Shown here: positions 55,497 through 64,000 of the stretch, one piece after another
Position numbering within the stretch: position 1 is the stretch's first letter
Layout: each line of letters opens with the position of its first letter
From: Minisyncoccia bacterium
Lineage (GTDB): Bacteria; Patescibacteriota; Minisyncoccia; Phycocordibacterales; Phycocordibacteraceae
Reading direction: 5' to 3'
DNA: 64,000 bases
Assembly: GCA_050011835.1 (NCBI GenBank)
Contig: JBEKII010000003.1
Span: 39,842 to 103,841, forward strand
The notes under the pieces: model-generated
What the model saw: the letters and a program-made list of their open reading frames with translations, nothing else
Databases searched by the model: none
Told to the model about the DNA's origin: nothing
Translations under genes and position numbers: made by a program

Positions 55497-56203
55497 CATA
55501 TATACAAGTTTTCTCGTCTCGTTTAGACAATCTTTTATAAAAGACACGAAATTTTATAATAAGATGATTTGATAGAATGTGTATGGTGTGTATGATCAAA
55601 ATCATCAAATTAAAGCCGTTTTGTAAAAAATGACTGTTTAGAGGTAATAAATTGTCATTAAAAAGGTCATTTAAGTGATTATAAATTTAAATAGATAAAT
55701 TATATGTATATAGTGTCGTAAAATGTTTTAATGATTGTGCGACATATCAAAAATAATTGAGTAATTAAATCTAATTATTGATTCAGTTTCGTATACGCGA
55801 CATAATTAATGAATACGCTATATATTAGTGGTATTAATTATATCGCCACCCCCAATTTTTTGTGAAGTAAATTGTACGAGGAATATAAAGCATTTACTTG
55901 AAGGTGATAAAGCGAATTTTTACAGATTAATTTTCAAGATCTCGACTCACTAGTGTTTTTCAAGAGATAAAAAGCCTATTTAACGTCTCTCACAGACCAT
56001 TTCTCTTACTTTCTTTCGTTATTCCGCATGTTTTTCGGCAATGTTAGAAGAACTTATGCGTATAAAATTTCAGCTTCCGTGTAAATTTAAGATATCTTGA
56101 AATCGCTCTTAATGTCAGGCAGAACAAAAATATCTTATCCACATATCTCCTTTAGGAAATGACGAAATGATAAGTTATTATTTAGTTAATTCGGCTATCC
56201 GAC
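55497..56203. other. About 700 bp strongly AT-rich non-coding region
   Basis: Visibly AT-rich (runs such as TTAAATAGATAAATTATATGTATATAG) against a ~55% GC background. No ORF of 60 codons or more except an implausible antisense one. Confidence 0.6.
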
Positions 56204-59200
56204 ATGGATCCAATCTTTGAAAAAAATTTGATAACGACAAAATATGCTGGAGAACTTTCTGGATATACGCCAGATTATTTGGCACGCCTTGCTCGTTCGG
56301 GGAAAATTGCTGGCAAGAGAATTGGACATAGCTGGCTCATTGATAGTGAATCACTCACGCACTTTTTAGATCAGCAGGGAGATCGCAAGGCCGATTATGC
56401 TCGCGCGCTCGCACGTGCGCGCGAAGTTGAATATCGCGAGTACCACTCGCTCCTACGCGGTGTTGGGAAGACATTATCAACTCCATTCACCGTACCTTCC
56501 TTAAATATCGGGGAAAGTTCATTACGCTCACAAATCATTTCCTTGTCAGTGGCATTTCTTGTCGTTATGTTCGGTGCATTTTTGGCACATGCAACGCCGT
56601 TATTGCAATTCGCAACAGAGACGATGACGGTTGCTCGCGAAGCCGCATCCGGATTCAACGCAACATTTGGAGATATTCCATCGCGCATCGCACTTCGGAT
56701 TAATACAGTGTCGACAGAGATGCGCATACATCCATCGTATACCGTGGCGTCTGCCGTGTTCCCATCTGCGCGCAGTGCGTCGCCGTTTCTCGCTGATCTC
56801 AACCTCTCATCATTTCAGCATGTGATAATTTCTAAAAATATATTCATACGTTCTACCGCGTTCGCATTTGTGCCGAATAATAATGTTCCGTTGAATTTGA
56901 ATATAGCTCCTGCACGGATATTGATATTTACTGTCGGGAATATACAAGCGTCCCTGTTTGCCGTATATGCATTTATTGCAACACCATCGCGTGTCGCGAA
57001 TGCATTCGCGAGTACCTATATCGCGGTTGGCAATGAAACATATGCCGCTATCATCGCATCGCTCTCTGACTATCATTTGCTCATTGAACATTCAGGAATA
57101 AAGACGCTCGCATATGCCACTGTAACACGCGATGCGTTCGCAATCGCGCCCCATTTTATTGACCAAGCGAATCTTGCATTTGGCAACCTGATCATCACGA
57201 CGACGCATGCGGCAATACGCGCTGATGTGGCGACCGCATATGGTCTCTCTGCAGCGTTACCAGCGAGTGCGCATGTCGCGCTCGCGCTTGTTGTCGATAC
57301 CGGCGATGTGCTCGCCGGCGCCACCGCGCGTTCTCCCGCACTCGCTATCGAGGCTTATCTGCGCGCAACGGGGATATTTGCGGCATGTGCACCCGCACTT
57401 GCGCAAGCGGTCTTTGCTGCGGAATATACCGGAGCATCGCATTTTGTCGCACTCATTAATGCGGCTTCTCGGCAATATCTAGAAGCACTCATGACCACCG
57501 GTCATCTTGCACTTACCCTGCGCAGCTTTAGCGAAGCAGGGTATGCCAGCACAGTAAATTCCATTACTCGTGCGCCCGCCGCCCTTGAGGACTTTTATCT
57601 TGGCGTGCTTGGCAAAAGTGCATACGCATTCAATTCCCTCTTTCATTTATCAAAAGCTACCAATGCGCTCGCTGCAGCCGCGCCGACACTTTCAGTAGGC
57701 GAGCAAATAGCGCTTATCACATATGAAACAATCCACGGCTTCTTAAATTCAACGAGCAGCATGCTAGCGACACTCTTCGGACCGCCGCCATCCATCGTGA
57801 TGCCCGCAACAGTAGCGGTGAAAGTCAGAACATCAGCTCCGGTCATCGCTTCAACGACACTGAACACCTCGCGTATCACAGTCACAAATTATCCGACCTA
57901 CACAACCGTCGTAAACGGTGCATCCGAGGACTTTGTGAATCAATCTCTCGCTTCTCTTCGCAATAATGTTCTCGCAACAGTCGCCGGCATGATTCAGCCA
58001 GTTACCGTGCAGACGGCGACTAACGAAAATGCCATTCAGCAAGTGAATATGATTCAGGATCTTTCCAATCTTATCGTGCGCAACGGCGATTTCCGCGGCG
58101 GAACACTCTCCGGTGCTGCTTCAGTGTCTGCGACAAGTGGTTCTTTTAACAATCTGACCGCGGGCGGCCTTTCTCTCGGTTCTCTCGACGGTCCACTTCA
58201 GGCGAACAGTGGAGTCGTCTCTGCCACCACTTCTATCGGCGTCCTTTATGGTGGCACCGGTCTTTCTATTGCACCTGCCTATGGCCAGCTTCTTGTCGGT
58301 GATACAAACGGCGAATATGTGCTCACTGCAACTAGCTCGCTTGGCATCAATAGCGGAATCTGGGGAAAGATCACTGGCTCACTCTCGGACCAGACAGATC
58401 TGCAGAGCGCGCTTAACGCAAAACTTTCTCTCACTGATTGGTTTGCGACAACGTCCGCGCCGCAGCTCACGACACTCGCGAATCTCATAAATGCAACGAC
58501 TACGAATCTCAATATCGGAAGTACCATCACCGGTGCCGGACTCGCCTCTTGTTCCGGTGCCACGAGCAAACTTTTATGGAATTCTTCGACCGGGCGGTTC
58601 ACCTGCGGTGTTGACGCCGGATCGAGTGGCAGTGGCATCACCGGACTTGGGGCGGAATATTCTCCATATCAAACTGATGCAACGCAGACATTCGCCACAT
58701 CAAGCGACATGAACATTGGTTTGATTATCACCTCGAATTCAGACATTCATACCTTCACGCCGATTTGGATAGGGACTCTCGCAGACAATCGCATCGCAAG
58801 TGCGTCCAATTGGAACTCGGCGTATAACAACGAGATTACCTCGGCTTCATATCCGCTCTCCATTTCCTCCAATGCCATTTCGTCAGCATTTGGCACAACA
58901 ACGACAATAGGCGTGGGGACGAACAAGCTTCTCGCCGTAGACTCCAATGGCATCATCATCGCTTCTTCAACTATCGGAAATGGTCAACTTCAGAATAATT
59001 CAATTACGGTAACCACTGCATCTCCTTTGGGTGGGGCGGGGACTATTCCCCTCGGCGGAACACTGGCTCTTACTTGCGCAGGATGTCTCACCTCACTCGC
59101 AGGTGCGGCTTCTTCTACTCTGCTTTCTGACGCAAATACTTTTTCAGGTATAAACAATTTCACCAACTCTTCAAGCAATTTTTCAGGAACATGGCAAACT

Positions 59201-62200
59201 TTCGCGCCAAGTCATTTCTCAACTTTCGCTTATCCGTTCCCGAACAGCGCGACTTCTTCCATCGTCACTTTTTCATCCGCGCCCGTTCTCGCTTCACTCT
59301 CCGGCCTCATCGCAGGAAATACAGGGACTCTGTATCAAGTTGCCACCTCTACAATCTCATTTGGCTATGCCTCTACGACACAAATCGGAAGCACGGGCTC
59401 CGCATATTTTGCAACGTCTGGCGGCAACGTCGGCGTCGGGACGACGTCTCCGTATGCTCTTCTTTCTATCGGGGGAAATGTCGTCATTGGAGCTTCCACC
59501 GCTGGCGGCACATTAGGGAATCTTACTCTTCCGGCACTCGGCACTCCTGCCGGAGCATTTCTTGCGGTGAATTCAAACGGCCAAGTCATCGCTACAACGA
59601 CTTCTTATTCAATGCTCCCGCAGATAAATGCGGGATACATTCTCGGCAACAACACAGGAAATACGGCGAACGTAACTTCGTTCGCCACTAGCACGTTATT
59701 CGGTGCAAGTTCGTACGGGAACGTGCTGATGTACGGCAGCTCTGTGCCGGCGTGGGCCGCTACCTCCACTCTCTTCTCTGGCACGACAGGGCAGTTTCCA
59801 TATTTCAGTGCCTCGGGCACGCTCTCCCCGACATCTTCCATCTTCCTCTCTGGTTCCAATATCGGCATCGGGACGACATCTCCATATGCTCAACTATCCA
59901 TCTCAAACTCTGTAACAAGTCCCGTGAACCAGACGCTTTTCTCCATCGCTTCCACGACAGCGGGCACATCAACCTCAACCTTGATGACCGTGCTGGCGAA
60001 TGGAAATGTCGGCATTGGGACGGCAACTCCAAATAACACCATTCAAGTGACAAATTTAATCAATTTCGACAATATCAATTACAATACCGCTTTAGGTTAT
60101 CAAGCGGGATTAAATGTTGTATCAGGGCCTAATCAAGGCACTTTTGTTGGGTATCAGGCCGGAATGGGCAGTTCAACTGCGAGCGATTCTGGTACCAATA
60201 ATGCAGCCGTTGGGTATCAATCTCTTTATTCCAACACTTCCGGTTCCTATAACTCCGCCGAAGGATATGGAGCCCTTTATTTCAACACTACTGGTTCCTT
60301 CAACTCTGCTCATGGAGAAGCCGCCCTCTATAATAATACCTCTGGTTCCTATAACTCCGCCGAAGGATATGAAGCTCTTTTCTACAATTCCACTGGCAAC
60401 TCCAATTCTGCTCAGGGATATAATGCTCTTTCCTTCAACACTACTGGCCTCTATAGCTCCGCACTTGGAGCCAATGCCGGCACCTACATTTCCGGTGGCT
60501 CAACTGCCAATCTTGTTTCCAACAGTTCTCTTTTTCTCGGCTACAATTCGATGGCTTTAGCGAGTGGCGATACCAATGAAATAGTTATCGGAGCCAGTGC
60601 GACAGGAATCGGATCAAATACCGTTACTTTGGGTAATAGCTCAATTCTAACCACGGCGTTGAAAGGCAAGGTCGGTATCGGAACGACGACGCCCGACCAG
60701 AAGTTATCAATCTATTCAGCGGCAACTCCTTCGCTTGAATTCTCTCTCGGTGCAGGGGCGGGAAATCAGTGGACGGAAGGAATTGACACCACGAACGGAA
60801 ACTCTTTTGAGGTCGCCTCATCTTCTGCGCTCGGAACTAATCCGAGATTTGTTGTCAATGGAAGCGGCAACATCGGCATCGGAACAACGAGTCCGTATGC
60901 TCTTCTTTCTATCGGAGGAAATGTTGTCATTGGAGCTTCTACCGCCGGCGGCACACTTGGAACTCTGACACTACCCGCACTTGGAACGGTAACGGGGACA
61001 TTCCTCGCAGTGAACGGAACGGGAACTGTTATCGCCACAACAACCCCTCTCCTCTCAAATGCCGGCAACTGGGCAGGAACGTGGCAGAGTTATTCTCCGT
61101 CTAATTTTTCAACTTTCGCTTATCCGTTCCCAAGCAACGCAACTTCAACTTTTCTAACGTTCAGTGGTGGTCTATCAACAACTTATGCCTCAACAACAGC
61201 AGTTTCAGGAACTTCACTCTGCATCGGAACAGATTGCCGTACTGTATGGCCGACAGGCGGCGGTTCGGTTGGTTCAGGTACAACAGGTCAATTTCCTTAC
61301 TACGCGGGTGCAGGTTCGACACTCACTGCGACTTCCTCTATCTTCCTCGCATCAAATGGATTTATAGGAATTGGCACAACAAGCCCACAAGGCCTCCTCG
61401 ATGTGGTCGGTAATTCAAACTCGGTCTCGACTGCATTCACGGGAGCGCGGGCCATGTCCATCATCAACACTGACACGACCAATGGAAATATGGCGGGATT
61501 TGATTTCAGGACGGATGACTTGGCCGGGACACTCACGACAGGAACAAAAATTTTGGCTATTTTTAACAGCCACACGGCAAGCCATGTGAGCGCCGACATG
61601 ACATTCCGAACGAACAATGCGGGGACGATAGGCGAGGTGATGCGATTGACGAGTACGGGGAATGTGGGTATCGGAACAACATCCCCCTCTTCGCTCTTGT
61701 CTATTTCTAACTCCGCCACTACCGCTGCCAACACACCGCTCTTCACCATCGCCTCCACGACCGGCGGCACCGCCACGACAACGTTGTTTTCAATAAGTAG
61801 TCAAGGACAGTTACAAGCGCCTTACTATGCCGTTGCCGCAGGAACTTTTCTCGCAGCAGATGCTTCAGGGCGCATCATTGCCACGACAACTCCGACGGGA
61901 GGCAGTGGCTCCGGCACTGTCGGTTCGGGCACGACAGGGCAGTTCCCGTACTACGCTGCAGGCGGTACGACGCTTACTGCGACCTCATCACTATTCCTAG
62001 CGGCGAATGGCTATGTTGGGATCGGCACGGGAAGCCCGGGTACTTTACTTGACGTGGAGGGCGGGAATATCAATATTGGCACAGGAAATGCGTATCAAAT
62101 TGGCGCCAAGAACGCAATCATAGCGTCTTCGGCAGCCAATAACTGGTTCTTCGGCAATTCCGGCAACTTAAGTACCTCAGGAACCGGCAATACGGGAGAA

Positions 62201-64000
62201 GGCGAAACCGCACTTCTCTCACTCTCATCAGGCGCCAGCAATACCGCCAATGGATATGGTGCCCTTTATAGCAATACGTCAGGAAGCAATAACACCGCCA
62301 ATGGGTTTAACGCTCTTTATAACGATGCGTTAGGAAGCAATAGTACCGCCATTGGGTATCAGGCCGGAAATGGAGCTGGCGGTACCTCAATCACGAGTAG
62401 CACATTACTTGGATACGGTTCAGGATATTCACTAGGGAATAGCACAGGGAACATTTTGCTCGGTTATCAGGCGGGTTATGACCTCGCGACCGGTTCAAAT
62501 AACATTGTTATTGGCTATAACACCGACCTGCCTTCGACGACGCAAACTTCTACTCTGGACATTGCAAATCTCATTTATGCAACTGGTTTGACTAATTTCT
62601 TATCTCCGTCATCAGCAGCAGGAAGCGGCTACGTTGGCATCGGCACTACGTCTCCTTATTCTCTGTTATCCATTTCCAACTCCGCGACCACCGCGGTCAA
62701 CACGCCTCTCTTCACCATCGCCTCTACGACCGGCGGTACGGCCACCTCCACGCTCTTCAGCGTCGGCAGTAGCGGTCTCACTACCATAGGAGATAGTTCG
62801 GGAACAGGCGACGCAAATTTCCAATTCGCCTCCGATGCCAACGCGTGGGATATTGGATACAACTCTACCGATAAATCCTTCGACATCGCATCCTCAACGA
62901 GCTTGTCGAACACGGTGGCCTTTACCATCGCTAAAGGAACTACCACTAATAATGTCGGTATCGGAACGACGAGTCCCAATACTGCGCTCGAAGTCCATGG
63001 AGAAATCAGGCAAACGCAATGTACGGCGGCAGGTGCACTTAACGCCGATGCGTCAGGAGATATCATCTGCTCGGTTTCTTCCGAGCGATTCAAGCATAAT
63101 ATCCAATCTCTCACCTCTGCAGACGGACTTGCGGAAGTAGACGCGCTCACTCCAGTCAGTTTCGTGTTTAATCCGGATATGAATATGGGAAGTTCTACGC
63201 AAGTGGGCTTCATCGCCGAGCAAGCAGATCTCGTGGACCCGCGCCTCGTTTCGGTGGATGGGACGGGACAAATTGAGGGATTCCGTTATGACAATTATAC
63301 GGCGATATTGACGGAGGCCGTGCAGGAATTAGATGCGCGGACAAATTGGATGGAGGAGGCAACGAGTACGGCGGGGATGCCCCCGGACGTTCTGACGGTC
63401 GACGGGAAGAGTGTTGACCTCTACAAACTCGCGACGTATAACCTTGCGAGCGTGCAGACGCTTGCGGCGGCAATTGATGCGCAAAATATACGCCTGACTT
63501 CGCTCGAGGCGCGCGTTACCGCGCTCGAAAACGGTGTGGTAAGTACAACGAGCGGCTCGCCGATAACACTTTCTACCTCTACGCTTGCAAGTGCCCTGAA
63601 CGGATTCGGTGCACTGATCCAAAAGGGCATCGCGCAGTTTGGTATTCTCGTTGCTGACCAATTTGTCGCAGCGACCAATTCAGCCGGTACATCCTCGGCA
63701 GGCACCGTTACTATTCTTGCAGGAAATACCGTTGCGCAAGTTAATAATGCCTATGTTCTGCCATCATCAAAAATATTTGTGACACTTACTGCGTCAACCA
63801 CGGGCTCGTGGTACATCAGCGATAAACAAAATGGTTCTTTCAGGTTCGTACTCTCCACGCCGCAACCGAACGATGTCTCGTTTGATTACTTCCTTGTCCA
63901 GACCGAAGGCCAAATCGCGACGTCAACTCCGAACGGCTCATCCGGAAGTGAAACTTCGGCGTCTTCCGATACGACTCCGCCCACCATCACACTTCTTGGT
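56204..64000 (+). CDS. Giant surface/fibre-like protein (more than 2598 codons, open at the 3' window edge). N-terminal HTH-like + TM module, Gly/Thr/Ser/Asn-rich repeat modules, peptidase S74-like intramolecular chaperone motif region.
   Basis: Hand translation from the ATG at 56204 finds no stop through 64000, which explains its absence from the ORF track. The frame is closed by a TAG at 56183-56185 just upstream. The N-terminus MDPIFEKNLITTKYAGELSGYTPDYLARLARSGKIAGKRIGHSWLIDSESL is paralogous to the 54693 gene. The motif ..SSERFKHNIQSL...VGFIAEQADLVDPRLV...GFRYDNYTAILTEAVQELDART.. lies near residue ~2300. Confidence 0.7.
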   Translation, partial: MDPIFEKNLITTKYAGELSGYTPDYLARLARSGKIAGKRIGHSWLIDSESLTHFLDQQGDRKADYARALARAREVEYREYHSLLRGVGKTLSTPFTVPSLNIGESSLRSQIISLSVAFLVVMFGAFLAHATPLLQFATETMTVAREAASGFNATFGDIPSRIALRINTVSTEMRIHPSYTVASAVFPSARSASPFLADLNLSSFQHVIISKNIFIRSTAFAFVPNNNVPLNLNIAPARILIFTVGNIQASLFAVYAFIATPSRVANAFASTYIAVGNETYAAIIASLSDYHLLIEHSGIKTLAYATVTRDAFAIAPHFIDQANLAFGNLIITTTHAAIRADVATAYGLSAALPASAHVALALVVDTGDVLAGATARSPALAIEAYLRATGIFAACAPALAQAVFAAEYTGASHFVALINAASRQYLEALMTTGHLALTLRSFSEAGYASTVNSITRAPAALEDFYLGVLGKSAYAFNSLFHLSKATNALAAAAPTLSVGEQIALITYETIHGFLNSTSSMLATLFGPPPSIVMPATVAVKVRTSAPVIASTTLNTSRITVTNYPTYTTVVNGASEDFVNQSLASLRNNVLATVAGMIQPVTVQTATNENAIQQVNMIQDLSNLIVRNGDFRGGTLSGAASVSATSGSFNNLTAGGLSLGSLDGPLQANSGVVSATTSIGVLYGGTGLSIAPAYGQLLVGDTNGEYVLTATSSLGINSGIWGKITGSLSDQTDLQSALNAKLSLTDWFATTSAPQLTTLANLINATTTNLNIGSTITGAGLASCSGATSKLLWNSSTGRFTCGVDAGSSGSGITGLGAEYSPYQTDATQTFATSSDMNIGLIITSNSDIHTFTPIWIGTLADNRIASASNWNSAYNNEITSASYPLSISSNAISSAFGTTTTIGVGTNKLLAVDSNGIIIASSTIGNGQLQNNSITVTTASPLGGAGTIPLGGTLALTCAGCLTSLAGAASSTLLSDANTFSGINNFTNSSSNFSGTWQTFAPSHFSTFAYPFPNSATSSIVTFSSAPVLASLSGLIAGNTGTLYQVATSTISFGYASTTQIGSTGSAYFATSGGNVGVGTTSPYALLSIGGNVVIGASTAGGTLGNLTLPALGTPAGAFLAVNSNGQVIATTTSYSMLPQINAGYILGNNTGNTANVTSFATSTLFGASSYGNVLMYGSSVPAWAATSTLFSGTTGQFPYFSASGTLSPTSSIFLSGSNIGIGTTSPYAQLSISNSVTSPVNQTLFSIASTTAGTSTSTLMTVLANGNVGIGTATPNNTIQVTNLINFDNINYNTALGYQAGLNVVSGPNQGTFVGYQAGMGSSTASDSGTNNAAVGYQSLYSNTSGSYNSAEGYGALYFNTTGSFNSAHGEAALYNNTSGSYNSAEGYEALFYNSTGNSNSAQGYNALSFNTTGLYSSALGANAGTYISGGSTANLVSNSSLFLGYNSMALASGDTNEIVIGASATGIGSNTVTLGNSSILTTALKGKVGIGTTTPDQKLSIYSAATPSLEFSLGAGAGNQWTEGIDTTNGNSFEVASSSALGTNPRFVVNGSGNIGIGTTSPYALLSIGGNVVIGASTAGGTLGTLTLPALGTVTGTFLAVNGTGTVIATTTPLLSNAGNWAGTWQSYSPSNFSTFAYPFPSNATSTFLTFSGGLSTTYASTTAVSGTSLCIGTDCRTVWPTGGGSVGSGTTGQFPYYAGAGSTLTATSSIFLASNGFIGIGTTSPQGLLDVVGNSNSVSTAFTGARAMSIINTDTTNGNMAGFDFRTDDLAGTLTTGTKILAIFNSHTASHVSADMTFRTNNAGTIGEVMRLTSTGNVGIGTTSPSSLLSISNSATTAANTPLFTIASTTGGTATTTLFSISSQGQLQAPYYAVAAGTFLAADASGRIIATTTPTGGSGSGTVGSGTTGQFPYYAAGGTTLTATSSLFLAANGYVGIGTGSPGTLLDVEGGNINIGTGNAYQIGAKNAIIASSAANNWFFGNSGNLSTSGTGNTGEGETALLSLSSGASNTANGYGALYSNTSGSNNTANGFNALYNDALGSNSTAIGYQAGNGAGGTSITSSTLLGYGSGYSLGNSTGNILLGYQAGYDLATGSNNIVIGYNTDLPSTTQTSTLDIANLIYATGLTNFLSPSSAAGSGYVGIGTTSPYSLLSISNSATTAVNTPLFTIASTTGGTATSTLFSVGSSGLTTIGDSSGTGDANFQFASDANAWDIGYNSTDKSFDIASSTSLSNTVAFTIAKGTTTNNVGIGTTSPNTALEVHGEIRQTQCTAAGALNADASGDIICSVSSERFKHNIQSLTSADGLAEVDALTPVSFVFNPDMNMGSSTQVGFIAEQADLVDPRLVSVDGTGQIEGFRYDNYTAILTEAVQELDARTNWMEEATSTAGMPPDVLTVDGKSVDLYKLATYNLASVQTLAAAIDAQNIRLTSLEARVTALENGVVSTTSGSPITLSTSTLASALNGFGALIQKGIAQFGILVADQFVAATNSAGTSSAGTVTILAGNTVAQVNNAYVLPSSKIFVTLTASTTGSWYISDKQNGSFRFVLSTPQPNDVSFDYFLVQTEGQIATSTPNGSSGSETSASSDTTPPTITLLG
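59440..61030 (+). repeat. Intragenic duplicated modules within the giant ORF (about 100-140 bp units at ~85% identity)
   Basis: ACGTCTCCGTATGCTCTTCTTTCTATCGGGGGAAATGTCGTCATTGGAGCTTCCACCGC.. at 59440 matches ACGAGTCCGTATGCTCTTCTTTCTATCGGAGGAAATGTTGTCATTGGAGCTTCTACCGC.. at 60880. TTCAACTTTCGCTTATCCGTTCCC occurs at ~59221 and ~61112. GGCACGACAGGGCAGTT(T/C)CC occurs at ~59790 and ~61930. A further SISNSATTA.NTPLFTIASTTGGTAT module occurs at ~61690 and ~62670. Confidence 0.6.

Noticed and set aside
55153-55608. 151-aa minus-strand ORF spanning the end of the HTH-TM gene and the AT-rich spacer
   Set aside because: Ile/Leu/Phe-rich translation of AT-rich antisense DNA. It overlaps a better-supported plus-strand gene.
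60114-60560. 148-aa plus-strand ORF and other 60-170 aa plus/minus ORFs between 56395 and 63705
   Set aside because: All lie in alternative frames of, or antisense to, the giant uninterrupted reading frame starting at 56204. Their Pro/Arg-rich or repetitive compositions are frame artefacts of the Gly/Thr/Ser-rich repeats.
1-64000. Alternative genetic code (UGA or UAG reassignment, as in some candidate phyla)
   Set aside because: TGA, TAG and TAA each terminate multiple well-supported genes at positions consistent with protein family lengths, often in ATGA overlaps. The single in-frame TAG in the FemAB-like gene is therefore treated as a local event.
1-64000. CRISPR arrays, tRNA, rRNA genes
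   Set aside because: No direct-repeat/spacer periodicity was seen. No cloverleaf-like GC-rich ~75-nt segments or rRNA-like conserved stretches were recognised in intergenic regions, although tRNA absence cannot be fully excluded without tRNAscan.

Overview
This 64 kb window has an approximately 48 kb cell-surface glycan biosynthesis island sitting between housekeeping genes. Upstream are murC (5'-truncated by the window edge) and rsmI; downstream are murB, secA, obg and gatB. The genetic code looks standard, because TAA, TAG and TGA all terminate genes here. Many genes overlap by 4 nt (ATGA), which suggests translational coupling.

The island contains:
- 12 or more GT-B fold glycosyltransferases, including a run of six GT4-type genes.
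- Two GT2 polyprenol-phosphate glycosyltransferases (GtrB/Ppm-like), a GtrA-family protein and two polytopic GT-C-like membrane proteins.
- A GT9 heptosyltransferase-family gene.
- Four SAM-dependent methyltransferases and two hexapeptide-repeat acetyltransferases.
- A TagF-like polyol-phosphate transferase-like protein.
- A FemAB-family gene interrupted by a single in-frame TAG.
- A pseudaminic-acid-type nonulosonate pathway: PseB, PseC, a PseF-like cytidylyltransferase and PseI, together with unusual accessory enzymes (aldo-keto reductase, DUF218, SDR, metallophosphoesterase, ATP-grasp, NUDIX, class III aminotransferase).
- At the 3' end of the island, a PglK/MsbA-like fused ABC exporter immediately followed by an O-antigen-ligase-family (Wzy_C) membrane protein with a C-terminal TPR domain. 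This pair is a candidate protein O-oligosaccharyltransferase module.

Two mobile-element signatures lie inside the island. One is an IS3-family (IS2-like) remnant, consisting of a left inverted repeat plus an orfA fragment. The other is an apparently intact IS481-family insertion sequence.

Downstream of gatB is a 268-aa HTH+TM protein, then a ~700 bp strongly AT-rich non-coding region, then a giant ORF of more than 2590 codons that runs off the window end. Because no stop codon falls inside the window, this ORF is absent from the supplied ORF track. It begins with an N-terminal HTH-like/TM module paralogous to the upstream gene. It is Gly/Thr/Ser/Asn-rich with internally duplicated repeat modules, and it carries a motif set typical of phage tail-spike intramolecular-chaperone (peptidase S74) domains.

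No rRNA, tRNA or CRISPR array was recognised.
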